A stretch of DNA of 61,846 nt, the filler included, from Globobulimina sp. (taxonomy: Eukaryota), in the NCBI GenBank assembly GCA_003354225.1. It is 18 parts of 18 records of this genome, joined end to end, with 100 filler letters (N's around TTAATTAATTAA, not from the genome) between each part and the next. Parts side by side here need not be neighbours in the genome. Positions count along the whole stretch, not along the records: positions 24,102 to 27,443 come from PIVH01003025.1; positions 27,544 to 30,884 come from PIVH01003026.1; positions 30,985 to 34,325 come from PIVH01003027.1; positions 34,426 to 37,766 come from PIVH01003028.1; 14 more parts are not named here. One strand, given 5' to 3'. Below, one piece after another: positions 24,597 to 36,591 of the stretch (position 1 is its first letter; each line of letters opens with the position of its first letter). The position numbers and the translations under genes were made by a program. A model generated the notes under the pieces. The model made no database searches and was not told the DNA's origin. It saw only the letters and a list, made by a program, of their open reading frames with translations.

Positions 24597-25078
24597 ATTT
24601 TTGTTGCATTTACCATACTTTATCAAGCTGAGCGTGCTCGTGATGCCCTGAATCTATTTTCGCCTCGCTACCATCGAATATAACGTCCAATGTCGTTATT
24701 GCTGTAATAATAACGTTGGTTTGTGTTGAACTGTTGAGTTTGCTGAGTTTGGTCGGTTTGTGTTTGGTTTGCGTAGTTTTGTAGTTGTTATCCATCCATA
24801 CCTTTTCAGAGATGGTAATTGCTTCGTTTGTCAGTGTTGTGAAGGTGGATACGGTATGCTGCTAATATTATAGATTTATAGTACAATGATACGGTTGTTA
24901 TTGATGGGTACGGGGTTGTTTTGAGTTTATTATTGATTATTGATTGTCTTCATTGTATTCAATGTATTCATTGTAGTTCGTATCGATTGTATGGATTGGA
25001 TTCATTATAGTTATCGGCATAATGTGGCTGGCGCGCGGAGTTCAGACGTGGGTTTGTAAACCACGAATTGTAATGTAA

Positions 25079-25710
25079 CTATTTATTTAAAAGTACATAA
25101 TTTGTAGGATTAGTTTGGATTAATAAATGTGACAATGGATCTATCGGACATAATAAAGTTCCATTTTTATTCCTGTGACACATAAATTGTTTGTCTTTGC
25201 TCCACACATTCTTATAAAAATTGCTTCTATTTAAAAACATTTCATAATAGCAATATGCCAATGTATGGTATGGAACATATCACAATTCAATACAATCGGA
25301 AATATCATTTCTTGCCACATGTTGTTGTGATTTGGTGACAGATTGATACATTCCTTAAATGGGATAAATTATGTGCGACAGCATCAGCAATCATAATATT
25401 TGCATGTGTGCCAATCATGAAATTTGTGTATTCATTGCCCAGTGGCCATCTAGGTAAATCTCCTCCTTCTTCGAACATATAAACCAGAGATTGTATGATA
25501 TCTGCCATTATATTGTGTTGAATCAGTGCAAGCCATTGAAATTCTGATCGAAATACATCCCATCCGAACTGTATTTATATATTTATTTATTTTTATATAT
25601 TAGTCGTATTTATGAATAACATACTATGTCTGTGTAATATCCACGATTTGGATCAGTTAATAATTACCACCAGCTTCACTGAATTTTGTTGGCGCTAAAA
25701 ATGTATGATT
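25079..25710 (-). pseudogene. GH92 alpha-1,2-mannosidase remnants
   Basis: FLAPTKFSEAGG, GWDVFRS, GGDLPRWPL...MIGTHA.IMIADA and FLNRSNFYKNVW in correct order but with large gaps and frame breaks; an AT-rich intron-like stretch. Confidence 0.75.
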
Positions 25711-25811
25711 CAAAGTTAAATTATTATTTCCACTAAATTTAAATGCTTCTTCCACATTGTTTGCGTTTGATAATATCCAGGTTGACTCGTTTCCATTTCA
25801 TGAGAAAATGA

Positions 25812-26324
25812 TTGCATCCATATGGGAAACGATTAAAATCAGTCTTTCCAATGTTTGCTGGCAACTCACTGATTGCTAATAAAACAGGAATATGTATACA
25901 ATTTGAGGAATGTTTATGTAAAGGAGAATTATTACCGGATGAAATATCCACAAATGTTACATTTTACTCTGCCCAATTATGGAAACAGTATAAAATAAAG
26001 GATATAAATTATGTGATTCATTTATCAATGGATTATAACATATTGCTTCAAAAATGCATGAGAAGATTAACATGTTCAAATATAAAATGTAATGCAATTT
26101 ATAATAACTTTCATATTCAAACTAATCATTGCAATTTAATTGCCTTAAAACCACTCAATGATAATATTTGCGATTTATTCGGATCAATATTAGAGAAAAT
26201 GAGTGATGATAACATAAATGTGTTACTACATAGAATTAACTCACATTATCATGGAATACAATCAATTTTACAATTCTACAAAGAAGAAAATGTGTCGGTA
26301 TTCGAGTTTCAAGTAAAATGCTGA
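25812..26324 (+). CDS. Hypothetical protein fragment
   Basis: 170-codon ORF in AT-rich DNA; no motif recognised. Confidence 0.3.
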   Translation: MHPYGKRLKSVFPMFAGNSLIANKTGICIQFEECLCKGELLPDEISTNVTFYSAQLWKQYKIKDINYVIHLSMDYNILLQKCMRRLTCSNIKCNAIYNNFHIQTNHCNLIALKPLNDNICDLFGSILEKMSDDNINVLLHRINSHYHGIQSILQFYKEENVSVFEFQVKC

Positions 26325-26675
26325 CTAACTATGCAATTCGCAATGTAAATTGTATGATACTGGTTCTTAAATCATGCAATAAGGTATAATCTTATATATG
26401 CGTTTGCTGCACCTGACTTTTTCATATTTTACAAAAACAACACTTAAGGTAGTTGTGTACTTAGTGTTGAGTGATTTTCAGTAAACATTTGTGTTGACTC
26501 ATTGTATGATTGTCGTATGTGCGTATTGGTTATCGTATTTGAGTTTGAGAAAATAATAAAATGTCGACATTCGTTGATAAAGCAGCTAATAATCGTTAAG
26601 ACACTGTTTGGCAATATAATTAACTTTTTTGGCTTAGTTTCGTTTCGTTTCGTTTCATTTCAACGATTAGAAAAG

Positions 26676-26764
26676 TTTTTGGTTAGCTAGAGTGGTTTTC
26701 AACCTAGATTTCGAAGTTGACCTAGGTCATCGAATACTAGGTCAACTTCGAATACAGGGTTAAC
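26676..26764. repeat. Partial copy of the palindromic GGTTAGCTAG/GAATACTAGG element
   Basis: Shares GGTTAGCTAGAGTGGTTTTCAACCTAG and TCGAATACTAGG with 37867-37966. Confidence 0.8.
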
Positions 26765-26888
26765 TCCTATAAGACGCAGAATCATATATATTATGACTAT
26801 AATATGACTATAAAGTATGGAGGAACTTTTCCACCAAATTATAGTCATATATTGCAACTATGTACAAGTCGATATGATTTTTTTGGAG

Positions 26889-27443
26889 GTATGATCAAAT
26901 GTATGATCACGGTACGATCACGGCGGTATATATGATCAAATTTTTTTTTGCTCACGGCGGTATATATGATCAAATTAAGTCTATTTCATTTTAGTGAAAA
27001 CATAAATATTTCGAAAAAAGAAATTTTTATAAAATATGTTTTGATTTTTTTTTTGCTCATGCAGGCGACCGGTGTGGTTGTCCATGTGATCATACATTGA
27101 TGTATGATCACGAGACTCGAACTCGAGTAACCCACACTAAAAAAAATGTGTTTTTCAATGTGTTTCTGGAGCACTGACGATCCCAACTTTTTTTTAGGAG
27201 TAGCTAGAGAGATCAAGATCTTTTTTATGCAATCAATTTGGCGCCACCTGTCGAAGCAGACGATCGTTGAAAAAAAGTAGTGACCAGACAACCAGCCAGG
27301 CCGATAGACAACCACACAGCCAGCATGCCAGCCAGTCAGACAGAAAAGTTGCGATCTCTCGTGTCACGCGAATTTTCAAGTGTTTGCTAAATAGAAAAAA
27401 AAACAAAAAATATTTTATAAAATTTTATTTTTTAGGAAATATT
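26889..27443. repeat. Structured non-coding region with GATCA-rich direct repeats and a ~48-bp inverted repeat
   Basis: TCACGGCGGTATATATGATCAAATT at 26918-26942 and 26952-26976; imperfect inverted arms 27005-27054 and 27395-27443. Confidence 0.65.
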
Positions 27444-27766
27444 NNNNNNNNNNNNNNNNNNNNNNNNNNNNNNNNNNNNNNNNNNNNTTAATTAATTAAN
27501 NNNNNNNNNNNNNNNNNNNNNNNNNNNNNNNNNNNNNNNNNNNATATGTTTTTAACCACACTTTTACTTATGGTTTCAGAAAGCGTTTTTAAGTTTGCTT
27601 AGTGAGGCACCTCAAAAACATTAGTAATGGTGACTAGCTCACTTCAGGAAAACTTGTAATATCTAAAAAAGAGTACATCTAATGGATGGATAACTGTACA
27701 TCTATATGTATCAGCGAGATTTATATATATAAAATACATATCGGTACATCTAAAATACATGTCTGT

Positions 27767-28972
27767 TCATTTAAAATACAAAATCTCTTTGCTTTTACTT
27801 GAATGAAACCAAATAATTGATCATCTCCACCGTTGTTTTTATCCTGAATTAATTTCCCATCTTTAATTTTCCAAAATAATTCATGATCAGAACAAACGCA
27901 TTTAACTGTATAATATCCTGAAGATCATTGTTTGAGATAAAATTGTTGATTTGAACCACTATGAGAGTGCCATAGATGTAATATCCCACCAACAGAGGAT
28001 GAAGAACCTGCAACATCAATACATCTGGACGTTTTTACTGATTTCAATTTATACTTTCCATCTTTCAGTAAACTGCGATAATCAGGCTTCAATGTCCAGA
28101 ACTTTTCAATTTCTTCATATTTCACAGAAAAATACAAATTAATCGCCCTCTCAAATTCGACTTTTTTAAATTGAGCAGTGATTTTTTCCGGCATTTTAAG
28201 TCGATTTCCAATGGATTTATAATGATTGTAATTTGGTTCTTTCTCATCATCTTTATTTTCAATATTAATTGCCAATAATTGCTCCATTTTTTCTTCTTTT
28301 TGTTGGGTTGTTAATTGTGTGTTTACTGCAATTTGCTGAAATTGTGCTTTACTGTTTTGGCATTGCACATTCATTTTTTGTAATTTTTTTAATATTTGAT
28401 TGAATTTTTCTTTACTTTGCATTATTCCAACATGGTTCAATAGCTTTGTCTTTTCGGTTTCGATGCATTGTATCATTTCAGTTGCGTAGTTATTTATGTC
28501 TTCTTTACATTTAACTGTCAATCTATTAAATTCTATATTTTTTTTAATCAAAATTGTGTAATACAATATATACGTTATATATAATATATATTATAGTACC
28601 ATTACATCCGGTTTGCACAATATCAATATCATCAGATAAATTTTTATATCGTTGCGTTAATTTATGTAAAATTCTGTTTGCATCATCATCCAAGAAATGA
28701 ACTTTGGGTTCTTCTTTTTTTGGGGATGGAACAATTGTTAACCATGCATCTTCTAATTTTAATGTATCCATAAAAGACATGTCATCACCTAATCTTTCCA
28801 CCAATTTATCAAAATGTTGTTTGGTTTTAACGAATAGAAAATCATTTGGTTTCTTAATACCATTTTTGTGCAATAACTTCTGATATTGCTGCAATTCCCA
28901 TTGTTGTAGCCATTCACCTAATTGTATTGGTGAATCACATTCCTTCTCATCAGTTATATTTGTGGCACTCAT
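27767..28972 (-). CDS. SAM-like, coiled-coil and ricin-B lectin protein; intron 28533-28599; in-frame TGA at 27925-27927
   Basis: LGEWLQQWELQQYQKLLHKNGI (SAM-like); GKYKLKSVKTSRCIDVAG...GSNQQF (ricin-type); lectin-like sequence continues after the TGA. Confidence 0.7.
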
Positions 28973-29075
28973 GAGTTTGCAATTTTATTCTGTTGAAATG
29001 TCGGTATGTTTGCAATTTTTAGAGTGTACTTAGGTTAGCAATTGGAAAATATTGTACATGTTTGTACTCTTCATT

Positions 29076-30884
29076 CTACATTAAAAGTGTTTTTAGTTGG
29101 TTATATAATTCATGTCCTTTCGGAGTTAATGTCTCTAATGATCTGTGCAATGCCATTACTTCAAAATGTCGAATACTGCTAAATCTTGATTGAAAAGGTA
29201 AAGCATCGTTTTCTAACATGACATAAATTTGCATGCAATTTGTGGTATATTCATTTTCCATTTCAGCACAATACATTGCTAATAAATGCAATCCAATTTG
29301 AAAAATTTGCAGTTGTTGCAAAATCATTTGCTCTGAATTATCCACAACAGATACCATATTCAAAAATGTAGACTCATCAAATGTCATAAGAAATGATGGA
29401 ATTTGTAAAAATAAGCGTTGAAATACATCTGACATTTTTAGGGTACAAACTGGATGATGTTTTTGAGTATATTTTATGATCGGAATTAAATATTCATTGT
29501 ATACTTTATCCAGTGCATCATTCCAATCGTCTGTCTTATCAAACCAATAGTTGTCAGCAACCCCATCATATCCTAATTCATTTTTCCATTCACACATAAT
29601 GCGATAGACCTAACCAGAACGATTTAGTGAATATAAAGAATTAAAAACATTACTTCGATAACTCCACAACTTATGCATTTGTCGAAATGCATTTCTCCAC
29701 CAAATATCTTGATGCTCCATTTTTTGTATTAAATCAATAGCGACGCGTTCGGATTTATTTTGTATTGCTATCAAGTCTGTTAACACTGCACGTGGCAGCA
29801 CATATTGTCCATATCTACCTAATAAATCTAATTGCATTGCTCTTGTTGCATAAATGTCATTCGCTTTAGCAATATCCCAATATTTACTGATATCACCCAA
29901 CATGTCTGATTTGTTTCGAATGGATTTCGCCATTAATTGCCATCCCAAAGGACTGAAAAATTGGAAAGTTCCGCAAAAATCATCACATAGATTATGATCC
30001 ATATTGTGTGCCTTACCCCAATCAATTACATAAAATTGCTTTGTTTTTTTATTGTATAATACATTGGGGAATGATAAATCGTTGTGATAAATACTAACGT
30101 TGTTGTCTTCCATTGTGTTGATTATCTGAATAACAGTGTTTCCAAAATCTGTTATAAATCCCATCAATCCGTTTGGATGCACTGTAATTACAGAGCGTGG
30201 AACGTGCGATAATTGTATGCCATCAATAAAATCAAACAACAAAAAGGGGTTAGCTTTACAATTAAATAAATTTGTATGTTGAATATGAGCAATTGATGCG
30301 GTGTGATTTTCTAATTTCTTTAATTCAATCAAGATACTTTTCTCATGAAAGCAATCTACGGATCTATCAAACCATTTTAATGCATACAATTTGGAGTTGT
30401 ATTGAACAGCATAAACTGTGGCAAATGATCCTTTTCCAAGTTGTTTTTTAATACTAATTCCAAGGCCAAATGCATCTAATTTAAATTGAGAGGATACCAC
30501 ATTGTGCTCAAGCATAAGAAATATCTCTTCAAACATGTCATCATTTTGTTGAAACCATTGCTGAGTATGGTAAGCGACATAAAACGAATGTGTTTGCGCT
30601 CCCACTTCGGATCTATCATTGTGGAATGCAGCACAAAGCAGGTTTTGTATTTCCACTTTGGATGGAATATCATCGTCATCGTCCATGTGAAAGTTAATGT
30701 AATCATACATTGCATACAATGCATTCGTTCCGATGAATTTATAATTGTTTGTTTTCATTATCCACGAAAACATAAATTTTTGGATAATTCCGCAGGCACC
30801 GTTAAATTCATTATCTTGAGTGTGATTACTCCATTCAAATGTTAATTCTTTTGCTAATGAATATGTGTCTATAATATCATTGAT
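29076..30884 (-). CDS. Divergent protein kinase with helical C-terminal extension, probably 5'-truncated
   Basis: LGKGSFATVY, ALK, HNDLSFPNV, IDWG and GTFQFFSP; the two ORFs share a frame and are split by a TAG, removable as a 39-nt GT-AG intron 29610-29648. Confidence 0.8.
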
Positions 30885-30984
30885 NNNNNNNNNNNNNNNN
30901 NNNNNNNNNNNNNNNNNNNNNNNNNNNNTTAATTAATTAANNNNNNNNNNNNNNNNNNNNNNNNNNNNNNNNNNNNNNNNNNNN

Positions 30985-31716
30985 CGCAATCGACGCATAT
31001 TCCACGTCAGGCTGCATGCTGTTATATGAGGTGTTATACGACGTATTATTGGAATCCTGCGCGTCTAACGGCGGTGGAAACCGATCGAGGCCGTCGTCAG
31101 CTAACAAGCCAATGTCGCCCAAGTCCAAATGCAAGGAGTTGCCCGATCGAAAGGAGCCCATTCGCCAAGAGGGCGACTCTTGCATCGCTGTGTAATGCCC
31201 AAAAGCACGCTGCGAGAATGAGTTGGAATTGGCGGCATATTGGTGTTGGTTTTCTAAGGTCAATTTGTGGAAAGCTGAGGGCGACAGTGGAGGCGAGGTA
31301 GATTCCGCTGGAGAATGAACATTTTGATAATCCGCAAATGAGACATTGCTGTGGTTGCTGTGGTTGCTGTGGTTGCTGTGGTTGCTGTGGTTGCTGTGGT
31401 TGCTGATATTGGGGATGTCTTTACTGGTAAAACCAGAATGGGATTTGGATAGATTTGGTTGGTTCGCAGGCATTACTTGGTTGAAACCGGTATTTATACG
31501 GTTTGCTAAGGCTTCTGCTAATTTGGGCGGTAAGTATGTGGATATGGTGATGGATGTTGTTGCGTCGCCTTTTGATTTGGTTGGGACTGATATGGCGCGT
31601 TTGTGCTTAGGTTTTGATTTGATTTTACCATTGGTTTGATTTAATTTTTGTGATAGTAATTGTCCAACTACACATAAATAATTTTGGATTGCGGTAAGTA
31701 GATGATGGTGAGACAC
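30985..31716 (-). CDS. Low-complexity Ser/Asn/Pro-rich hypothetical protein, partial
   Basis: Long ORF running into the linker; contains (SNH)6. Confidence 0.5.
31346..31405. repeat. Tandem 9-mer (TTGCTGTGG)x6+ encoding SNH repeats
   Basis: Directly visible. Confidence 0.95.
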
Positions 31717-32090
31717 AGTTTGTACGTAGACGTACCTCCTTCCAGTGATCGCAGATCATCCATTTTCTCTGTTCAATTGGTGAGTTATTTTGCACTTTTC
31801 AAAGTATTTTCAATGGCCCATGCGACTCGCACTGAAACAAGTTTTTTTTTTATTTTTGTCAACTTACCATATACATATAGTACATTGTTAGGTTGTTCTT
31901 ATATTGCGCAATATAAATTGCGACCTAGGACCTAGGCCATTCTTAATTGCAATAAGACATTGTGCATTTAGGTGAATTGAAAGTAAAGTGACTAATTCAG
32001 TTGATTTTTTCCGTCTATATATATACAATCATTGAAAGAAATGCATTGAGAGGTTGAGAGGTTTGAGAGGTTCGGAAGTTGAATAAACAT

Positions 32091-34325
32091 TCATAAATAC
32101 CATTGCTCCTTTTCTACTTTACTGACAAACCAATTATCATTTCCATCTCTTTTAGAGAATGCAGTGACTTCTTGTTGTTTAAATCCATAATCAGGATAAT
32201 TATGTCCTTCATTTGAGTGTAAGGTATGATTCGTTCCACAATGAATTAATTTAATGACTTGTAATTTCCAATTATTATTTCTGTCCCGTTTATTCCAATA
32301 ACATGTCACTTCTTGTTGTTGTTTAGAAAGTGCTGAAGGATATCCATTGTGTGAATGTAAATAGTTCCCAGTACAAAAATGTTGTAATGATATAATATCA
32401 CCATTTTTCACTTCTTTTTGCCATAATTGCAACGACTCTTTCTGTTGATAATGAGGTTTAACAACCCACCAATCATTCACATCTTCTCTACTAAAACAGG
32501 TAACTTGTTGTTGCTTTGAGCCGTTTGGATAGTTTGCTTTATGAGAGTGCAATCGATATTGAGTTTCAAAATGTTCTAATTTAATACGACTCCCATAGCT
32601 TACTGTAACTCTCTTATTCATATCAATTAAATCATTCTCAGATAACCAGGAGCTGCCACCACTATCATTTAGTCCCCATGAGAATGAATTATTTGCTGAT
32701 GTCTTGGTCGTTTCTTCTTTGTCAGCATTTTGTTTTGAATCACCACCATCAGAAAATGACCACGCTGTGCCCCACCAAAATGCGTCGCCATTGTCATTGT
32801 TATTATCATTCTCGTTATTGTTGGTTATATTGCCTGAAAAATTAAATGCTGTCGCATTGCCACTATTATTGCGACCAAAGAGATTTGTTCCTGGATTATT
32901 ATTTGATTTGTTATTAGAGTCAGAACCAAATATATTGGATTCATTATTATTGTTATTAGTGACAAAATTCCAAGCAAATACAAATGCATTATCGTCATTA
33001 TCGTCATTATCGTCATTTTCTTCATTGTTGTTATTATTATTTTGTACAATAACATCCCCATTCTCATCAAATTGCATTTGTTCAATCTCCTGAATCGATA
33101 CAAACGGTTTGATATCATTTTGATCCACTTTATATTTCGTAATTAATTTCTCATACAAGCGTTGTAACTGTGCGTAGGAGGAACTATATTTTTGCATTAA
33201 TTTCGCAATTTTGCCTATTGCCTGGGGCGCATATTTCAGATATAACTGCTTAAAATATCCGCAGTATAATTTCTTATATTTATCAAGAATATGGATTGGC
33301 ACTTCTTCATTTGGCACATTATGGTCAAATATGGCCGCACTTAATGCAGCTTTTTCCTTCTTTTTACTCACTGGTTTTGACACAATATTTGCTGATTGTT
33401 TATTATCAGTATCAGTATCATCCGGTGTCTGTACTGCCGGCGCATCATTCTCATCATCGGCAAATGTTAATATTGCGCTGATATCGGCAATAGAATCATC
33501 GTCGTTGTTACCACAGAATAATTTCTTATATTTATCAAGAATATGCATTAGCATTTCATCATTATCAATCGGAATGGATGTACGCATAATGGCTAATAAC
33601 TGCTTGTCGTTATAATTAGTATCATATGGTATGATATTAAAACAGCCAATGTTTAGTTTATTGGTTAAAATATATACAATGGGTACGGGCGGCAACGTAT
33701 TTTGATCAGTCTCCAAATCCATACATGCGACGGTATTCGTATAATCAATGCCGACATCACATACGTTGCCATTATCTCGATCCTCGTCGTAGTCGTACTT
33801 CACCACAAATCCTTTGGTGTCCAACACGTTGCGGTTCGCATCATAGACACTTAGCATATAATCATATCGACAGCAAAATATTAAATAATCCAATTCACCG
33901 CCGATGTACAGCGATTTGATACCCTTGAAATCGTTATTTATCTCATTCAAACCGGTGTGCTCACATAAGACACATTGCACTGCTTTGAAATCCAACGAAT
34001 CGTATTTGAAAATGCAAAAATAAGGGAGGTATTTATCAGCGGTTTGCGCCGATTGTACGCCATAATGGACACAAATGGAATTACAGCCTTTCATATCAGT
34101 GATTAAATAAGGAATGGTTTTGTTGCTGGATTTGCTGTGTTGTTTGTTGATATTAACGGAGTGGATGGCGTGGTATTCGCCGCTTATGCTGTATTTATAA
34201 ATAATGACGAAACCATTGGCGAGACAGACTGCGAATATATCCTTGGACAATACTTTAATTTCTGTGATTATATCATGTGGAATGTTTGGAATTGGACTGT
34301 ATAATGTTTCAATATAATCATTATT
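32091..34325 (-). CDS. Nup214/Nup159-like propeller end, Asn-rich FG-like linker and C-terminal MIR domains; 5'-truncated
   Basis: GIDYT...LPPVPIVYILTN..GCF resembles the end of the Nup214 N-terminal domain; IFG/LFG/FSWG in N-rich spacers; three LHS(H)...QQ(Q/E)VT...W MIR repeats. Confidence 0.7.
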   Translation of the reverse strand, partial: NNDYIETLYSPIPNIPHDIITEIKVLSKDIFAVCLANGFVIIYKYSISGEYHAIHSVNINKQHSKSSNKTIPYLITDMKGCNSICVHYGVQSAQTADKYLPYFCIFKYDSLDFKAVQCVLCEHTGLNEINNDFKGIKSLYIGGELDYLIFCCRYDYMLSVYDANRNVLDTKGFVVKYDYDEDRDNGNVCDVGIDYTNTVACMDLETDQNTLPPVPIVYILTNKLNIGCFNIIPYDTNYNDKQLLAIMRTSIPIDNDEMLMHILDKYKKLFCGNNDDDSIADISAILTFADDENDAPAVQTPDDTDTDNKQSANIVSKPVSKKKEKAALSAAIFDHNVPNEEVPIHILDKYKKLYCGYFKQLYLKYAPQAIGKIAKLMQKYSSSYAQLQRLYEKLITKYKVDQNDIKPFVSIQEIEQMQFDENGDVIVQNNNNNNEENDDNDDNDDNAFVFAWNFVTNNNNNESNIFGSDSNNKSNNNPGTNLFGRNNSGNATAFNFSGNITNNNENDNNNDNGDAFWWGTAWSFSDGGDSKQNADKEETTKTSANNSFSWGLNDSGGSSWLSENDLIDMNKRVTVSYGSRIKLEHFETQYRLHSHKANYPNGSKQQQVTCFSREDVNDWWVVKPHYQQKESLQLWQKEVKNGDIISLQHFCTGNYLHSHNGYPSALSKQQQEVTCYWNKRDRNNNWKLQVIKLIHCGTNHTLHSNEGHNYPDYGFKQQEVTAFSKRDGNDNWFVSKVEKEQWYL

Positions 34326-34425
34326 NNNNNNNNNNNNNNNNNNNNNNNNNNNNNNNNNNNNNNNNNNNNTTAATTAATTAANNNNNNNNNNNNNNNNNNN
34401 NNNNNNNNNNNNNNNNNNNNNNNNN

Positions 34426-36289
34426 CGGCACACTGTTTCTAATTGATTTTGGTAGTTTGTGTGCAGGAATTTTGTACCTTTGCTCTATTTCCGTTTTTGT
34501 GAATAAATGTTGAATCATTTTCCATTTATGGTTTTTATCCACGGCCACATCTTGCGGCTCCACCACACAATACAAGGTCTCATGCGTTTGCTTATCCGTA
34601 AAATCAAAATTAAGTACACCAACATCGGCATTCTGCGTCACAAATTTATTTGGTTGCAAAGCTAGTGACTTATTCATAAACCAATATACTCCTTCAATAT
34701 GCTCATTAATTTGGCGCGGCACCATGTTTGTGCTGAAGGTCCATGATATTGAGACGCTTCCTGGGCCCATACAGTCTCCTTCTTCGATGGGGTCCAACGT
34801 GGAAAGCCTCACAGGCATTGGTGTAAAGGAGGATGCGTGCACATTGAGTTTAGTGTCAGACTTCACAGTTTTTTCTTCATCTTCTTCATCTTCATCCTCC
34901 TCCTCGTTTTTCGCATTGTTTTTATCATATTTCTTTTTATTACGATCGTCATTGTGCTTATCATCATCCCCTCCTCCAGTGCCTCCACACGACCCTCCAC
35001 TGCCACTGAATGCACCACCACCAGCCCCTTCGTCGTCATTTTCTGAGTGGTTCTTGCTTTGCCTGTTTTGTTCGGTTCCATGTGTAGGCTTCGCTGACTT
35101 TGCAGAGTTCGATCCACCACTTTTCCCAGATGGCTGACTGATTATTCCATCTATATATAATATTTATAATTACATTCCACATGTTCAATAATGCTGCGCA
35201 GCACATGCTTTAATACCACAATAATTCCTCAACAACTGTACAAATTTTAACCTGTGTCCATTCACTTTCTGTTCAAAGTAACAACAATCAATGTCATGTG
35301 CAATAAAACAGCCAATAACACTCTGTGTATCCAACGCAATATCGTTTGCAGTGTTTTTTAAACCATTCAACAAAACCGGACACATAAACGGGTTGATTCC
35401 ATCCAAAGCACAGCCACTAAAATGCTCGAAAAACATTGATAACTTTGCCATTAAATTATGCGCATATATTTCCGCATGATATTGTCCATGTTCATGGCCA
35501 CAGCCATACGTATAAAACATATCTATTTTGGAAGCTGTGACATGAAACGAAACAGTCAACATTCCGCTGTCTGAGCTGCTGAATCCCAACACTTTTCCTT
35601 TGGTGTTATCTAAACAGAATGCGGTCACTTGTGCACTGCTCAGATGTGCTATGCTATGTTGCTTGGAAGCGGTATATTTATATATAATATCTTTAGTATA
35701 ATCTGTATTCTTTTTTATAATGAAAACATCGCGTTGATATCCATGGTGGTCTTGGAATGTGAGGCCATTCGTGTGCTGTAAGACGACATCGTTGATGTGT
35801 TGCTGTTTGTTGCTGCGTCGAGTCGCATGATCCGAAATGGTGAGGTTATTGACAGATAAATCGCATTGTATTGTCTTTAAGAACCTGTACATTTACACAA
35901 GTAATGTTTTGTATGTACACTTTGTTACACAACGCAAACAATTTAAATGGGGAAGTTATACTCAACGGGGTTATAAATGATTCATTGGATGCATTCTTTC
36001 GGAGTATGGATGCGGGAATGAAGTATGCATCACATTGGTATGTGCATTTATTATGGATTTGGGTGGTTTGTAGTGCTTGCAAAATTTGCTCGATATCGTG
36101 TATGTATTGCGATGGGTTGCCATTTATTAATGGGATTTGGTTTCGAACATTTGAATGAAGACTACATTCAAGTCGATGTTTATTTGAATTGGTATCACAT
36201 ATCTGTGTGTTTCTAATGTGCTGGGAAAGGGAATCTTCATTGAGATAATCATGATTGTCTCCATCAGATAAGATCTGCATCAGTTTCAA
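34426..36289 (-). CDS. Probable multi-exon hypothetical protein with Gly/acidic linker and PAM2-like motif
   Basis: Successive same-strand ORFs separated by intron-like AT stretches; KLNVHASSFTP resembles the PAM2 consensus LNxxAxEFxP. Exon joining not fully resolved. Confidence 0.45.
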
Positions 36290-36591
36290 TGCTACAAATT
36301 ATAAAAATATTTGGTGAGGTGAAAGTTTTTTTTACTTTGGACAGAATGTTATCATCCATTTTTATAGTTGAATTATTTGACTTTTAACACCAAATAAATA
36401 ACCCACAGAAAATATCTCGTTATGCGTCTGAATGTATTACCACAGCGCCATCGTAATCTGCATATTCAAATTCATAATCTGTGAGAACCTACATATATTA
36501 TTATCATTTTTATAATCTATTATTATCCATATAGCGCAAAAATAGTCATTAACAAAACCCGACAGTCGCAGCACTCTCAAAATCTGAACAA

